A stretch of 64,000 nt of DNA from the sequence record KT919973.1. The stretch is one strand, 5' to 3'. The notes below the pieces were generated by a model that was given only the letters and a program-made list of their open reading frames with translations, was not told the DNA's origin and searched no databases. Both the position numbers and the translations under genes were made by a program. This document shows, piece by piece, positions 27,963-37,909 of the stretch (its first letter is position 1; each line of letters opens with the position of its first letter).

Positions 27963-28628
27963 ATGAAACTATCTAAATCTACAATCGAAGTACTGAAAAA
28001 CTTTGCAGGCATCAACAACGGCATGGTTATCCATCAAGGTTCTCGACTACGTACTCAAGACAACTTGAACAAGCAAATCGCTTACGCTGACATCGAAGAT
28101 TCGTTCCCTGTAGAGTTTGCAGTGTACGATCTGGGTGAGTTTCTAAGCGCGTTGAACTTGCTTGACAATGCTGAACTTGATTTCCAAGAAAAATACGTTG
28201 TCGTTACTGGTGATGGTGGTACGAAGCTTACGTTCCAATATGCAAACGCTGAGTTTGTAACTGAAGCACCTGAAAAAGTAAACTTCCCTACTGAACTAGA
28301 CGGCGGTGCTGAGTTTGATCTCAAAGGTGAAGATCTACAGCGCGTTAAAAAAGCGTCTGCGACACTAGGTCTTTCTGACATTTGTGTTCGAACTGAAGCG
28401 GGTAGCACTGCAATCACGCTATCAGCTACTGATGCACAAGGTTCAAGCAAACACACGTTTGAAATCAACGTTGGTGAAGTTGAATCAGACGTTGAATTCA
28501 AGTTCTTCTTCAAAGCAGAGCGTTTGAACATCGTTGACCAAGACTACAAAGTTTCGATTCACCCAGCGGGTATTTCTCGCTTCTTGGGTCTATCACTTGA
28601 GTACTTCATTGCAACCGAAGCACTTTAA
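27963..28628 (+). CDS. 45: Sliding clamp
   Basis: MKLSKSTIEVLKNFAGIN, FAVYDLGEFL and C-terminal YFIATE. Confidence 0.95.
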   Translation: MKLSKSTIEVLKNFAGINNGMVIHQGSRLRTQDNLNKQIAYADIEDSFPVEFAVYDLGEFLSALNLLDNAELDFQEKYVVVTGDGGTKLTFQYANAEFVTEAPEKVNFPTELDGGAEFDLKGEDLQRVKKASATLGLSDICVRTEAGSTAITLSATDAQGSSKHTFEINVGEVESDVEFKFFFKAERLNIVDQDYKVSIHPAGISRFLGLSLEYFIATEAL

Positions 28629-28645
28629 GTTATTTGTAAGTTATC

Positions 28646-28667
28646 GGGGCTGCAAAGCCCCTTTTTT
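28646..28667 (+). terminator. Rho-independent terminator
   Basis: GGGGCT-GCAA-AGCCCC followed by TTTTTT. Confidence 0.8.
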
Positions 28668-28694
28668 GAAAATTTTATTATGGGAAACGACTAA

Positions 28695-29645
28695 ATGAAT
28701 TTTGATCCGAAAGAACTTCTATGGGAACAACGCTACCGTCCACAAACAATCAACGACTGTGTATTACCCGAGCGCGTGCGTGAACACTTTCAAGCGATGA
28801 TTGATTCGGGTGAAATCCCAAATATGCTGTTAGCAAGTTCTTCACCTGGTACTGGTAAAACGACTGTTGCGCGTGCTGTGCTTGCAGATATGGGTTATGA
28901 AGTGCTTTTCATTAACGCATCATCTAGTCGCGGCATCAAGCTTGTACAGAACGATTTACCTGCATTCTGTTCGACTGTATCATTCTCTGGTAAGCCAAAA
29001 GCAATCATTCTTGATGAGGCAGACAACTTAACACCAGATGCTCAGAAAGCACTACGTGGTTTGATTGAGCAATACAGCAAAAACGTTCGCTTTATTCTGA
29101 CATGTAACTATTCTCAGAAAATCTTAACACCGATTCGTTCACGTCTACAGACATTCGAGTTTGTATACGACAAAGACGAGCGACTATCGTGTATCAAGCA
29201 AATGATTCTGCGTTCGATGAGTATTTGTAAGCAAGAAGGCATTTCTGTGACTAATGCAGCGGTGTTGAAAGAGCTTGTGAAACGCAATTACCCAGACAAT
29301 CGTAAAACTGTTGTTGCGTTGCAGAATTATTCTCGTAAAGGTGTTATCGACGAAGGTATTCTTTCAGAGATCACGGCAAACGATGATATTTCTGAAATGA
29401 TTGCGGCTTTGAAATCGAAAGACTTCAAAACGATTCGCGGTCTAATTCCGAAATACTCTGGCGATCTCGCGTCGTTTCTACATAATCTTTACAAAGCGGC
29501 ATATACTGACTTAGACGGTAATAGCATCCCGACATTCATTCAAATTGTAGGCGAAGCAAACAACAACGCTACAACTTGTGTCGATACTGAAATTCTACTA
29601 GCGTACACGCTTGTTCAAATCATGCTTGAGTGTACTTTCGTATAA
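28695..29645 (+). CDS. 44: Clamp loader large subunit (AAA+)
   Basis: LWEQRYRP, SSSPGTGKTT, ILDEAD, FILTCN and SRL. Confidence 0.95.
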   Translation: MNFDPKELLWEQRYRPQTINDCVLPERVREHFQAMIDSGEIPNMLLASSSPGTGKTTVARAVLADMGYEVLFINASSSRGIKLVQNDLPAFCSTVSFSGKPKAIILDEADNLTPDAQKALRGLIEQYSKNVRFILTCNYSQKILTPIRSRLQTFEFVYDKDERLSCIKQMILRSMSICKQEGISVTNAAVLKELVKRNYPDNRKTVVALQNYSRKGVIDEGILSEITANDDISEMIAALKSKDFKTIRGLIPKYSGDLASFLHNLYKAAYTDLDGNSIPTFIQIVGEANNNATTCVDTEILLAYTLVQIMLECTFV

Positions 29646-29654
29646 GGGGGTTTG

Positions 29655-30146
29655 ATGGACATCTTTGAATTCCTAGCGAAAGGCGAAGAAACTGAAGCGA
29701 GAATCGCTGAAGAAGAAAAAGAATACGAAGAAGAGCTGAAGAAAGCGAAGAAAGCAGAGAAATATTCACCGTTTGATTTCGTTGACAGTATCTACATGAA
29801 GAAACGTTTACCAGATGCTGTTGTTGATGAGCAATATCTACCATTTATGGTGAATCGCGCATTGAGCAACGGCATCGATACAGTTCTTCATGCGTATATC
29901 ATGGATTCGGTTGGTAGTAAGTTACCGAATGAAATGCAATATGATTATTTGTATCATGCAGTTCGTAAAGGTAAGCGATTCAATTCATGGGCAAAAGAAC
30001 CGAAATATGACTATGTTGATCTAATTGTTGAGGTATACAACGTCAATAAATCACATGCAATTAGTATTTCAAATCGTCTAACGCCCGAAGAGTTGAATCA
30101 ATTACAAGAATGGTACGACTCACGAACGGGGGGCTTAACACGCTAA
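29655..30146 (+). CDS. 62: Clamp loader small subunit
   Basis: Y.PFMVNRALS, QYDYLYHAVRKGKRF and Y.VN...A; follows gene 44. Confidence 0.9.
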   Translation: MDIFEFLAKGEETEARIAEEEKEYEEELKKAKKAEKYSPFDFVDSIYMKKRLPDAVVDEQYLPFMVNRALSNGIDTVLHAYIMDSVGSKLPNEMQYDYLYHAVRKGKRFNSWAKEPKYDYVDLIVEVYNVNKSHAISISNRLTPEELNQLQEWYDSRTGGLTR

Positions 30147-30727
30147 ACAGAATCGGGTTTATGTTTGCAGTTGTCATTGTGCCAACGTTTGATAGTTGCG
30201 GCATTCTTTGAAGATTTGCCGCAATGAATACAAACTGAAATTGGTCTCTCATCCCAACTGTCGCTAATCTTTTTCTTTACATCGCGTGTTCTCTCAACTC
30301 CTTTGAATGTAGACGGTACACCCTTTCGATTACTAGGCTTCCCGACTTTAGCATCACTGAGCTTTTGTTTATGTTCATTGCTCTTGGGCTTGCCTTTAAG
30401 AGAGTCTGAAATATTTCGGCGAGTTGTTTCGGAACGTTTAGTTCCCTTTACACTACCGCCTTCGCCGCCTATTTTGAGATTATAGGTGTTTTTACTACTT
30501 ACAAAATTTTCGTTCACTATCAGAGATTCGTATTCATATGCGTCTTCTTCGCAGTCGAACGTTTTTAAAATTATCTTTGTGAAATTATCAACACCGTATT
30601 TATCAATTGAGCGAAATATAATCTTTCCAGAACCCATGTAACCGTCGTCGATGTTATTCGTTGAGTGTTTACCAATATAAACTTTATTGTTTATGTTGTT
30701 TATTATTTTATATACGATATGAAACAT
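30143..30727 (-). mobile_element. Free-standing GIY-YIG homing endonuclease (Seg-like)
   Basis: ATG at 30727; IVYKI.N.IN.KVYIGKH, YMGSG, E...N; NUMOD3-like SETTRRNISD and SNEHKQKLS repeats; antisense insertion between 62 and regA. Confidence 0.9.
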
Positions 30728-30749
30728 AATAATTCTCTTTATTTTCTGA

Positions 30750-30761
30750 TATTTATAAATA
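30750..30761. promoter_or_regulatory. Palindromic, divergent pair of late promoters
   Basis: TATTTATAAATA gives TATAAATA on the minus strand (30750-57) and on the plus strand (30754-61). Confidence 0.75.
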
Positions 30762-30792
30762 GTGAGACATACATAATGATTACGAGGCTGCA

Positions 30793-31176
30793 ATGGCAGA
30801 TTACATTAACAAACTTGAAATTCAATTACCAGACGACGATGCATTTCTAAAAATTCGCGAGACTTTAACGCGAATTGGCATCGCCAATAACAAAACAAAT
30901 ACTCTATATCAATCGTGCCATATTCTTCAGAAACGTGGCGTGTATTTTCTAGTTCACTTTAAAGAGCTTCTAGCACTTGACGGTCGATGTGTAGAAATTA
31001 CTGACGAAGATATTGAACGTCGTAATAACATTGCCAAGTTACTTGAAGACTGGAATCTATGTAAAATCGCGCACCCTGAGTCGCACGAATTTACTGGCGA
31101 TAATAAGTTTCGCGTGATCTCGTTCCGCGATTCTAAAAACTGGAATCTACGATACAAGTATAAGATAGGTGCATAA
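30793..31176 (+). CDS. regA: Translational repressor RegA
   Basis: DDDAFLKIRETLTRIGIAN, LYQSCHILQKRG.Y.LVHFKEL. Confidence 0.96.
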   Translation: MADYINKLEIQLPDDDAFLKIRETLTRIGIANNKTNTLYQSCHILQKRGVYFLVHFKELLALDGRCVEITDEDIERRNNIAKLLEDWNLCKIAHPESHEFTGDNKFRVISFRDSKNWNLRYKYKIGA

Positions 31177-31613
31177 TGAAAACTTACACTGAATTTTTGA
31201 GCGAATATCACATGCAACACCGAGCGCCGTCACCTCCTGATGACAGCCCTCTGTACGATATCTCATTGACGGGAACATTCCCTGAAGATGTATACGAAGC
31301 GAACGGTCTACGATGGTACGGCAATCACAATGATCGCGATGAGCGCGAGGCGTATCAAATCATCAAACGCTGTCACGGAAACCCGAATGCGAAAGTTAAA
31401 ATCTATCGCGCATGTCCCGAGCACGTCAGCGTAATCAACTCAGGCGATTGGGTTACGATTGTCGAGAATTATGCAAAATCGCATCAAGAGTCTCGCGACT
31501 ATTCAAGTGAAATTTCAAACGACGATGAGCGTTATCATGTGATCAGTCAAGTTGTACTTGCTAAACAACTCTTCACCGAGGGATATTTCCTTGAGTGGGG
31601 ATACGTTAAGTAG
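31176..31613 (+). CDS. Putative ADP-ribosyltransferase-fold protein with a capsid-targeting leader
   Basis: MKTYTEFLSE; VKIYRA...INSGDWVT...YA..H...EWGY pattern. Confidence 0.5.
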   Translation: MKTYTEFLSEYHMQHRAPSPPDDSPLYDISLTGTFPEDVYEANGLRWYGNHNDRDEREAYQIIKRCHGNPNAKVKIYRACPEHVSVINSGDWVTIVENYAKSHQESRDYSSEISNDDERYHVISQVVLAKQLFTEGYFLEWGYVK

Positions 31614-31630
31614 GTATTCAACTTGCTAAT

Positions 31631-31660
31631 AAAATTAAGAGGTGCAAGCCTCTTAATTTT
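31631..31660. promoter_or_regulatory. 12-bp stem-loop abutting the RBS of 31673
   Basis: AAAATTAAGAGG-TGCAAG-CCTCTTAATTTT, immediately followed by GAGG. Confidence 0.55.
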
Positions 31661-31672
31661 GAGGAATACAAT

Positions 31673-32191
31673 ATGAACGATGAACGTTTTCAAGAACTAC
31701 TACAATTCGGTGGCGAATTCGAAGCTGCCGTTGAGCCTAAGATAGCACGTGTGTTCTGTCATGCAGACCCGCTAGCAATGCTAATCAATACAGCTACATC
31801 AAAAACAGATCAGAAACATAATCGTGGTCAGCGTTTAATGTTCTGTCAAGACACATCCGCAAGCTTCATGCTACCAGACGTGTTTGTTTTCACAAAAGGC
31901 AAGCAATTCTGTGTTGAAATCAAGTGCAAGAAACGCTTTTATCGCCACTCAGATGGTAAACTATATGGCGTAATCGACTCATACAAAGTTAAAGAGTATC
32001 GCGACGCAGTTCGCCACATGGGATTCGATGGTATATTCTATGTGTTTGGCGACGAAGAAACACGCTCGGCTTATTTTTCAAAAGACAACCCGATTGATAT
32101 GAAAATCGATGCGTTTCGCGAATATAAGAACCCGAAAGGCGAGTTCAAGGCTTGGCTTATCGAAGAACAACACTTTTTAGGGAAATGGTAG
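31673..32191 (+). CDS. PD-(D/E)xK nuclease-like protein
   Basis: E...LPDVFVF...VEIKCK catalytic pattern. Confidence 0.65.
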   Translation: MNDERFQELLQFGGEFEAAVEPKIARVFCHADPLAMLINTATSKTDQKHNRGQRLMFCQDTSASFMLPDVFVFTKGKQFCVEIKCKKRFYRHSDGKLYGVIDSYKVKEYRDAVRHMGFDGIFYVFGDEETRSAYFSKDNPIDMKIDAFREYKNPKGEFKAWLIEEQHFLGKW

Positions 32192-32251
32192 TTTAGAACT
32201 TCATTTTTCTCTGATAGCATAGCAACACGTAACAACTTGTGAAGGAATATC

Positions 32252-34804
32252 ATGGCAATCTATACATCAATTGAACGAATCGGCTCTAATCTTTGTGAAC
32301 GTTATTTAGATGATGACGGGTTTGAGCATATGCGCAAAGTCAAATATGAACCGACTCTGTTCATTCACTGTAACGAAGAAACTGGTTACAACGACATCTA
32401 CGGTCGCAACTGTCGCCCAAAGATGTTTGACACAATGGGCGAAGCTAGTAAGTACATCAAAGACACTAAGCAGCATCATGAAGTACTCGGTATGGACGAC
32501 TTCGTTGTAACTTATATCTCTGATACTTACAAAGAACGTAACTTCGACATCAATCGTATTCGAATTGCAAATATCGATATCGAAACCCCGTCTGTTGAGT
32601 TCCCTGAAGCAGCGCACGCTCCAGTGCCTATTACTTCAATCGGTCACTATGACAACATCGACGATAAATTCTACGTTTACGGTATTCCATCAAATGAAGA
32701 ATGGTCGCGTGAAAGCAGCATCGTTAAGCCAGAACTTCTAGAAAAAACAGTGTATATTCGCTGTGCAACTGAAAAAGAGTTACTTGTTAAGTATCTGCAA
32801 TTCTGGCGCGAAAAGACCCCAGCAATCGTAACAGGTTGGAACATTGAATCGTTCGATATGCCATACATTGTCAATCGATACAAAAATCTGTTTGGTGAGA
32901 AGGTGATGAATAGCTTGTCACCGTGGGGTAAAGTTCACATTTCGACGATGACTAACGATTACGGTCAAGAAATCTGTAAAGTGAATATCGTCGGCGTATC
33001 TGAACTCGATTATCTTCAGCTTTACAAGAAATTCACTTACGTGACTCGACCATCTTATCGTCTTGATTACATCGGTGAAGTTGAACTTGATGAGAAAAAA
33101 GTTGAGTTTACACAAGCGAACTACTTAGAGTTCTATGAGCAAGATTATCAGAACTTCATTGACTATCAGATTCAAGACGTTAACTTGGTTAAACGACTTG
33201 ATGAGAAACTTCAGTTGATGCTTTTGACTGTTTCTCTAGCGTACTATGCGGGTATCAACTATCAGACAGTACTTGGTACGATTAAACCGTGGGATGCAAT
33301 CATCTTCAACAGTTTGAAAGCTGAGAAGAAAGTAGTACCAATGATGACATCGCACGAAGGTGGTCGATTCATGGGCGCGTTTGTAAAAGCACCACAAGTG
33401 GGTTATCATCGTGGCATTGGCTCTTTCGACTTAACATCACTGTACCCGTCGATTATTCGTGAGTGTAACATTTCACCAGAAACAATCGTTGGTCAGCTTG
33501 ACTATGAAGGTACACTTGAAGATCGTATCGACAAGATTGTTGACATGGCTATTACGTTCCCTGCTGATGACATTTCAAACAGCGCGAACGGTATGCAATA
33601 TCGCAAAGACGTGCGTGGTGTAATCCCGATTGAGATTGAGAAAGTCTTCTTCCAGCGTAAAGCTAATAAGAAGAAAGCGTTCGAATACGAACAGCAAGCA
33701 ATCGACATCAAGAAAAAAATGGACGAAGAAGGTGAAACACCTGAACTTCGTGAAGCATACGAGCACGCGAAACATGAAGCGAAGATCTACGACGTACAGC
33801 AAATGGCTCGTAAGATCTTGATCAACTCACTCTATGGTGCGTTAGGTAACGAATACTTCCGCTTCTACGATCTACGTAATGCAGAAGCTGTAACAGCATA
33901 CGGTCAGCTTGCAATCAAATGGGTAGCGCGTGACGTTAACATCTGGTTGAACAAAGTTTGTAAGACAACTGACAAAGACTACGTGATTTACGGTGATACC
34001 GACTCAATCTACGTTAACTTTGATCCGCTTCTTGAACTTACTGGCGTTAACAAACTTGAAGGTGATGAATACACAGATAAATTCTCTAAAGTCTGTGAGA
34101 CAGTTGAAACGAAAGTTATCAACCCGTCATACGAAGCACTGCACAAGTACATGAACACGTATGAGCGTCAAATGTTCATGGACCGAGAAGTTCTAGCACG
34201 TACTGGTTTCTTTATCGCGAAAAAGCGTTACGCGCTTGACGTACAAGATAACGAAGGCATTCGTAAACCGAAGCTGAAAATCATGGGTATTGAAACTCAA
34301 CGTAGTTCAACACCACCACTTTGCCAAAAAGGTCTTAAAGAAGCAATTCGTTTGATTCTGCAAGAAGGCGAAGAGAAGCTTCAAGAATTCGTTAAAGAGT
34401 ATGAGAAAGAGTTCAAAGTAGCTCCGTATCAAGAAGTGTCGTTTGTGTCTAGCGCGAACAACATGAACAAATACTCTGACGAGCAAGGTAACCCAGGTAA
34501 AGGTTGTCCAGGTCATGTAAAAGGTGCGTTGTACTACAACAAACTAGCTGCACAGCATGGGTTCGACAAGATCAACGAAGGTGATAAAATCGCTGTTGTG
34601 TTCTTGACTCGAAACAAACACGGCATTGACCGTATTGCTTACCCGTCTGGTGGTAAACTACCTGAAGCAATCTCATACTTGATTGACCACGTAGATTACA
34701 ATCGTTTGTACGAAGACAAGTTCATCAAACCATTGACTGCGATTTCTGAAGCAATCAAGTTTGACTACAAGAAAACCATCACATTGGAGAGCTTCTTTGG
34801 CTAA
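32252..34804 (+). CDS. 43: DNA polymerase (family B)
   Basis: [12 protein letters not shown] and YQIQD exonuclease motifs; [19 protein letters not shown] and YGDTDS polymerase motifs; C-terminal LESFF clamp-binding motif. Confidence 0.98.
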   Translation: MAIYTSIERIGSNLCERYLDDDGFEHMRKVKYEPTLFIHCNEETGYNDIYGRNCRPKMFDTMGEASKYIKDTKQHHEVLGMDDFVVTYISDTYKERNFDINRIRIANIDIETPSVEFPEAAHAPVPITSIGHYDNIDDKFYVYGIPSNEEWSRESSIVKPELLEKTVYIRCATEKELLVKYLQFWREKTPAIVTGWNIESFDMPYIVNRYKNLFGEKVMNSLSPWGKVHISTMTNDYGQEICKVNIVGVSELDYLQLYKKFTYVTRPSYRLDYIGEVELDEKKVEFTQANYLEFYEQDYQNFIDYQIQDVNLVKRLDEKLQLMLLTVSLAYYAGINYQTVLGTIKPWDAIIFNSLKAEKKVVPMMTSHEGGRFMGAFVKAPQVGYHRGIGSFDLTSLYPSIIRECNISPETIVGQLDYEGTLEDRIDKIVDMAITFPADDISNSANGMQYRKDVRGVIPIEIEKVFFQRKANKKKAFEYEQQAIDIKKKMDEEGETPELREAYEHAKHEAKIYDVQQMARKILINSLYGALGNEYFRFYDLRNAEAVTAYGQLAIKWVARDVNIWLNKVCKTTDKDYVIYGDTDSIYVNFDPLLELTGVNKLEGDEYTDKFSKVCETVETKVINPSYEALHKYMNTYERQMFMDREVLARTGFFIAKKRYALDVQDNEGIRKPKLKIMGIETQRSSTPPLCQKGLKEAIRLILQEGEEKLQEFVKEYEKEFKVAPYQEVSFVSSANNMNKYSDEQGNPGKGCPGHVKGALYYNKLAAQHGFDKINEGDKIAVVFLTRNKHGIDRIAYPSGGKLPEAISYLIDHVDYNRLYEDKFIKPLTAISEAIKFDYKKTITLESFFG

Positions 34805-35063
34805 TGTAGATAAAATTGAAATCAGTGGCGCAGAAATGCGCACTGATTTTGCTCGTGAACTTGGTATTGATGAAATAAGATACGTCAAATACGAGCGTGA
34901 CATTCAACTCGACATTTCATCTTGGTATGTTGACCATGATAATAATGTATTATCGTTGACGTTTAAAAACGAAGAGCCGTCGATTCATGGCATCGTCATT
35001 CCGCCCCGAGTCGAACTTAACCTATCAAAGGTTAAAGAAATCATCACAGAAATCTTGAAATAA
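34797..35063 (+). CDS. Hypothetical protein
   Basis: Probable TTG start after GGAG, overlapping the gene 43 stop. Confidence 0.5.
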   Translation: MANVDKIEISGAEMRTDFARELGIDEIRYVKYERDIQLDISSWYVDHDNNVLSLTFKNEEPSIHGIVIPPRVELNLSKVKEIITEILK

Positions 35064-35126
35064 GTTGTTGACAGTGTGCATGAACTCATGTACACTGTTA
35101 AAAGACTATTTTGAGAGGAAAATAAC

Positions 35127-36272
35127 ATGAACGTACAAGAATTATACAAAAATTTGATGTCTCTAGCTGATGACGCTGAAGGCAAGTTCTTCTTTGCTGA
35201 TCATCTTTCACCGCTTGGTGAAAAGTTTCGCGTGTTTAGCTATCATATTGCTTCATATTCTGATTGGCTTTTACCGGGTGCTCTTGAAGCGCGTGGTATC
35301 ATGTTTCAATTAGATGACAATGATGAAATGATTCGTATCGTATCTCGTCCGATGGAGAAATTCTTCAATCTAAACGAGAATCCCTTTACGATGGAACTTG
35401 ACTTGACGACCACTGTACAACTAATGGACAAAGCTGATGGTTCATTGATTAGCACGTATTTGTCAGGTGAGAACTTCGCGCTGAAGTCAAAAACAAGCAT
35501 CTTTTCGGAGCAAGCTGTTGCGGCTAATCGCTACATCAAAAAACCAGAGAATCGTGACTTGTGGGAATTCTGTGACGATTGTACTCAAGCGGGTTTGACT
35601 GTCAACATGGAATGGTGTGCGCCTAACAACCGCATCGTTCTTGAGTACCCAGAAGCTAAACTGGTTATCTTGAATATTCGTGACAACGAAACAGGTGATT
35701 ATGTAAGTTTCGACGACATTCCACAATCTGCGTTGATGCGTGTTAAACAGTGGCTTGTTGACGAGTACGACCCAGCGACTGCACATGAACCAGATTTCGT
35801 TGAGAAATTGCGAGATACGAAAGGTATTGAAGGCATGATCTTGCGTCTTGCAAACGGTCAATCTGTGAAAATCAAAACTCAATGGTATGTTGATTTACAC
35901 TCGCAAAAAGACTCAGTGAATGTTCCGAAGAAGTTGGTAACAACTATCTTGAACGGCAATCACGATGATCTCTATGCGCTATTCGCAGATGACAAACCGA
36001 CGATTGAGCGTATTCGTGAATTTGATTCTCACGTGACGAAGACTCTTACGAATTCATTCAATGCAGTTCGTCAGTTCTATGCTCGTAATCGTCATCTAGC
36101 GCGTAAAGACTATGCAATTGCAGGTCAGAAAGTATTAAAACCATGGGAATTCGGGGTAGCTATGATCGCGTATCAGAAGCAGACAGTCGAAGGTGTCTAT
36201 GAATCTTTAGTTACTGCATATCTGAAGCGACCAGAACTAGCAATCCCAGAGAAATATCTAAACGGGGTGTAA
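35127..36272 (+). CDS. rnlA: RNA ligase 1
   Basis: RGIMF, PMEKFFNLNE, DKADGSLI, EW...NNRIV, IEGMI and KIKT..Y motifs. Confidence 0.95.
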   Translation: MNVQELYKNLMSLADDAEGKFFFADHLSPLGEKFRVFSYHIASYSDWLLPGALEARGIMFQLDDNDEMIRIVSRPMEKFFNLNENPFTMELDLTTTVQLMDKADGSLISTYLSGENFALKSKTSIFSEQAVAANRYIKKPENRDLWEFCDDCTQAGLTVNMEWCAPNNRIVLEYPEAKLVILNIRDNETGDYVSFDDIPQSALMRVKQWLVDEYDPATAHEPDFVEKLRDTKGIEGMILRLANGQSVKIKTQWYVDLHSQKDSVNVPKKLVTTILNGNHDDLYALFADDKPTIERIREFDSHVTKTLTNSFNAVRQFYARNRHLARKDYAIAGQKVLKPWEFGVAMIAYQKQTVEGVYESLVTAYLKRPELAIPEKYLNGV

Positions 36273-36542
36273 ATGCATTTTGTATTTCAAGACGGGGAGC
36301 CGATGCAAGTCGGTGACCCGAATGTATTCATTAAAAAGTTACAAGAAGAGTTTTTACCTGCGTTGCAGAAGAAACTCGAAGAAGACCCAAAAAATCGAGG
36401 CGGTAAAATCGTCTACGTGGGCCCATCAAAAACAGATACTATTCAAGGTCTTGACGTTCAAATATCAGACAAGAATGGTGTCGTATCTACGTTTTATCTA
36501 AATCCCTTCACACAGACGTTCGCTCCAGTCTTCTATTCTTAA
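36273..36542 (+). CDS. Hypothetical protein
   Basis: 89-aa ORF abutting rnlA. Confidence 0.65.
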   Translation: MHFVFQDGEPMQVGDPNVFIKKLQEEFLPALQKKLEEDPKNRGGKIVYVGPSKTDTIQGLDVQISDKNGVVSTFYLNPFTQTFAPVFYS

Positions 36543-36543
36543 T

Positions 36544-36551
36544 AATAAATA
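36544..36551 (+). promoter_or_regulatory. Late-promoter-like element for the spanin genes
   Basis: AATAAATA, 33 nt before the i-spanin start. Confidence 0.55.
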
Positions 36552-36584
36552 CTCTCGTATACAACTAATACGGGAGTACCTATC

Positions 36585-36968
36585 GTGTTTTCACAATATA
36601 AAATTTACGTGCTCTTGGCGGTTGCTGCTGTTTTCATTGGTTCTATTGGTTACTTGAAGTATGAGAATGTAAGTCTTGAGAAAGATTTAGTTACTCAAAC
36701 TGCTGAAGTTGAGCGACTAACGGGTGATAATGAGCGTTTGCAAACAACTATCAAGAACAAAAACTTAACAATAGATCAATGGCGAAGTGTTTACCGTGAA
36801 CAGGAACAATATCGCAAAACTCTTCAAACAGAATTGGACAAGTTAACCGCGACTATTGACACATACAAATCACGTCAAGATATCGTATTTCAAAAACCTG
36901 GTCTAGTTCAAATAAAAGAGCAAAAAGCTCTTGACAAGTTCTTCGACGAGGTGCGAAATGGTCAATAA
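36585..36968 (+). CDS. Inner-membrane spanin (Rz-like, pseT.3 position)
   Basis: N-terminal TM helix plus coiled coil; lies between rnlA and pseT; overlaps a lipoprotein gene. Confidence 0.85.
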   Translation: MFSQYKIYVLLAVAAVFIGSIGYLKYENVSLEKDLVTQTAEVERLTGDNERLQTTIKNKNLTIDQWRSVYREQEQYRKTLQTELDKLTATIDTYKSRQDIVFQKPGLVQIKEQKALDKFFDEVRNGQ

Positions 36969-37287
36969 AATCATAGCAATTGCTCTATGCTTCATGCTGG
37001 TCGGTTGTATCGGTACACCAAAAGAGCCAGTACCTGAGCCGCAAAAGAATGAAATCGTCCACCCCAATATTCCAACACCACCGCCAAATCCCGGTGTCAA
37101 AATATTGGTCATTACGACTGATACAATCAAAGCTAATACAGCTTATGTGGGTTTTGAATACGACGAATGGTTAGATTTCGCGAAGTGGATGCATTCGTAC
37201 AAGACATATAACTTTGATTTACTTGAGGTTATTCGACTGTACAAAGAGCAAGATGCAAATATTCAGAAAAAAGATGAAAATAATTAA
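36958..37287 (+). CDS. Outer-membrane spanin lipoprotein (Rz1-like, pseT.2 position)
   Basis: ATG at 36958 after GAGGTG; lipobox LVGC; Pro-rich segment. Confidence 0.85.
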   Translation: MVNKIIAIALCFMLVGCIGTPKEPVPEPQKNEIVHPNIPTPPPNPGVKILVITTDTIKANTAYVGFEYDEWLDFAKWMHSYKTYNFDLLEVIRLYKEQDANIQKKDENN

Positions 37288-37289
37288 AG

Positions 37290-37366
37290 AAAAGGGTTGC
37301 TTCGGCAACCCTTTTTGCGTATTATAGCTACATCGAAACGACATCGACTAACAAAGAGAGTAAATT
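37290..37366 (+). promoter_or_regulatory. Terminator/early promoter cassette (mosaic)
   Basis: 37290-37329 identical to 21563-21602; 37320-37360 identical to 51222-51262. Confidence 0.85.
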
Positions 37367-37666
37367 ATGATTCAATTCAAAGGCAGAAAAATTATCTCTG
37401 ACAATCAATATTCCATATGGGTTTATGATTCGATTGACTCGCTTAAAAGCGACGACTTAAATGAGCGTAACTTTTATAACAACGTAACTGGTGAAACTCA
37501 TAAAAAGCTGCGTATTCGTCGCGGTCGCTTTGGCAAGAATTGGGTTCTCCGTGCTACGTCGAAAGACGACGACTCTACAATGTTAGTAGTTGCAGAAGGC
37601 TTCAAAACGAAGAAAGAAGCAATTGAATACGTAAATGACGTTTACTTAAACACAAAAGGGCTGTAA
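37367..37666 (+). CDS. Hypothetical early protein
   Basis: 99-aa ORF after the cassette. Confidence 0.7.
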   Translation: MIQFKGRKIISDNQYSIWVYDSIDSLKSDDLNERNFYNNVTGETHKKLRIRRGRFGKNWVLRATSKDDDSTMLVVAEGFKTKKEAIEYVNDVYLNTKGL

Positions 37667-37667
37667 T

Positions 37668-37901
37668 ATGAAGCATCTAGAAAATGCATACAACGAAGCG
37701 AACACTCAGTTTCATCAATATGGTGTATGTAGTGTATTTCAGCTTGAAAGTTTAATCGAAGAGCTTGAATCTTCTGTTCCGAGTAACGTGTTTGTTAAAG
37801 CAGCACGCAATGAACTCGATTCATTCGGTGCTCTATCTGGAACTCGTACAACTCAACTTCTCGAAATTGCCGAGTCTATCGTGACTCGATACAAGAAATA
37901 A
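37668..37901 (+). CDS. Hypothetical protein
   Basis: 77-aa ORF. Confidence 0.65.
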   Translation: MKHLENAYNEANTQFHQYGVCSVFQLESLIEELESSVPSNVFVKAARNELDSFGALSGTRTTQLLEIAESIVTRYKK

Positions 37902-37909
37902 GGACAAAT

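Noticed and set aside
32252-34804. Split gene 43, intein or intron in the DNA polymerase
   Set aside because: Single 850-aa ORF with all motifs at normal spacing.
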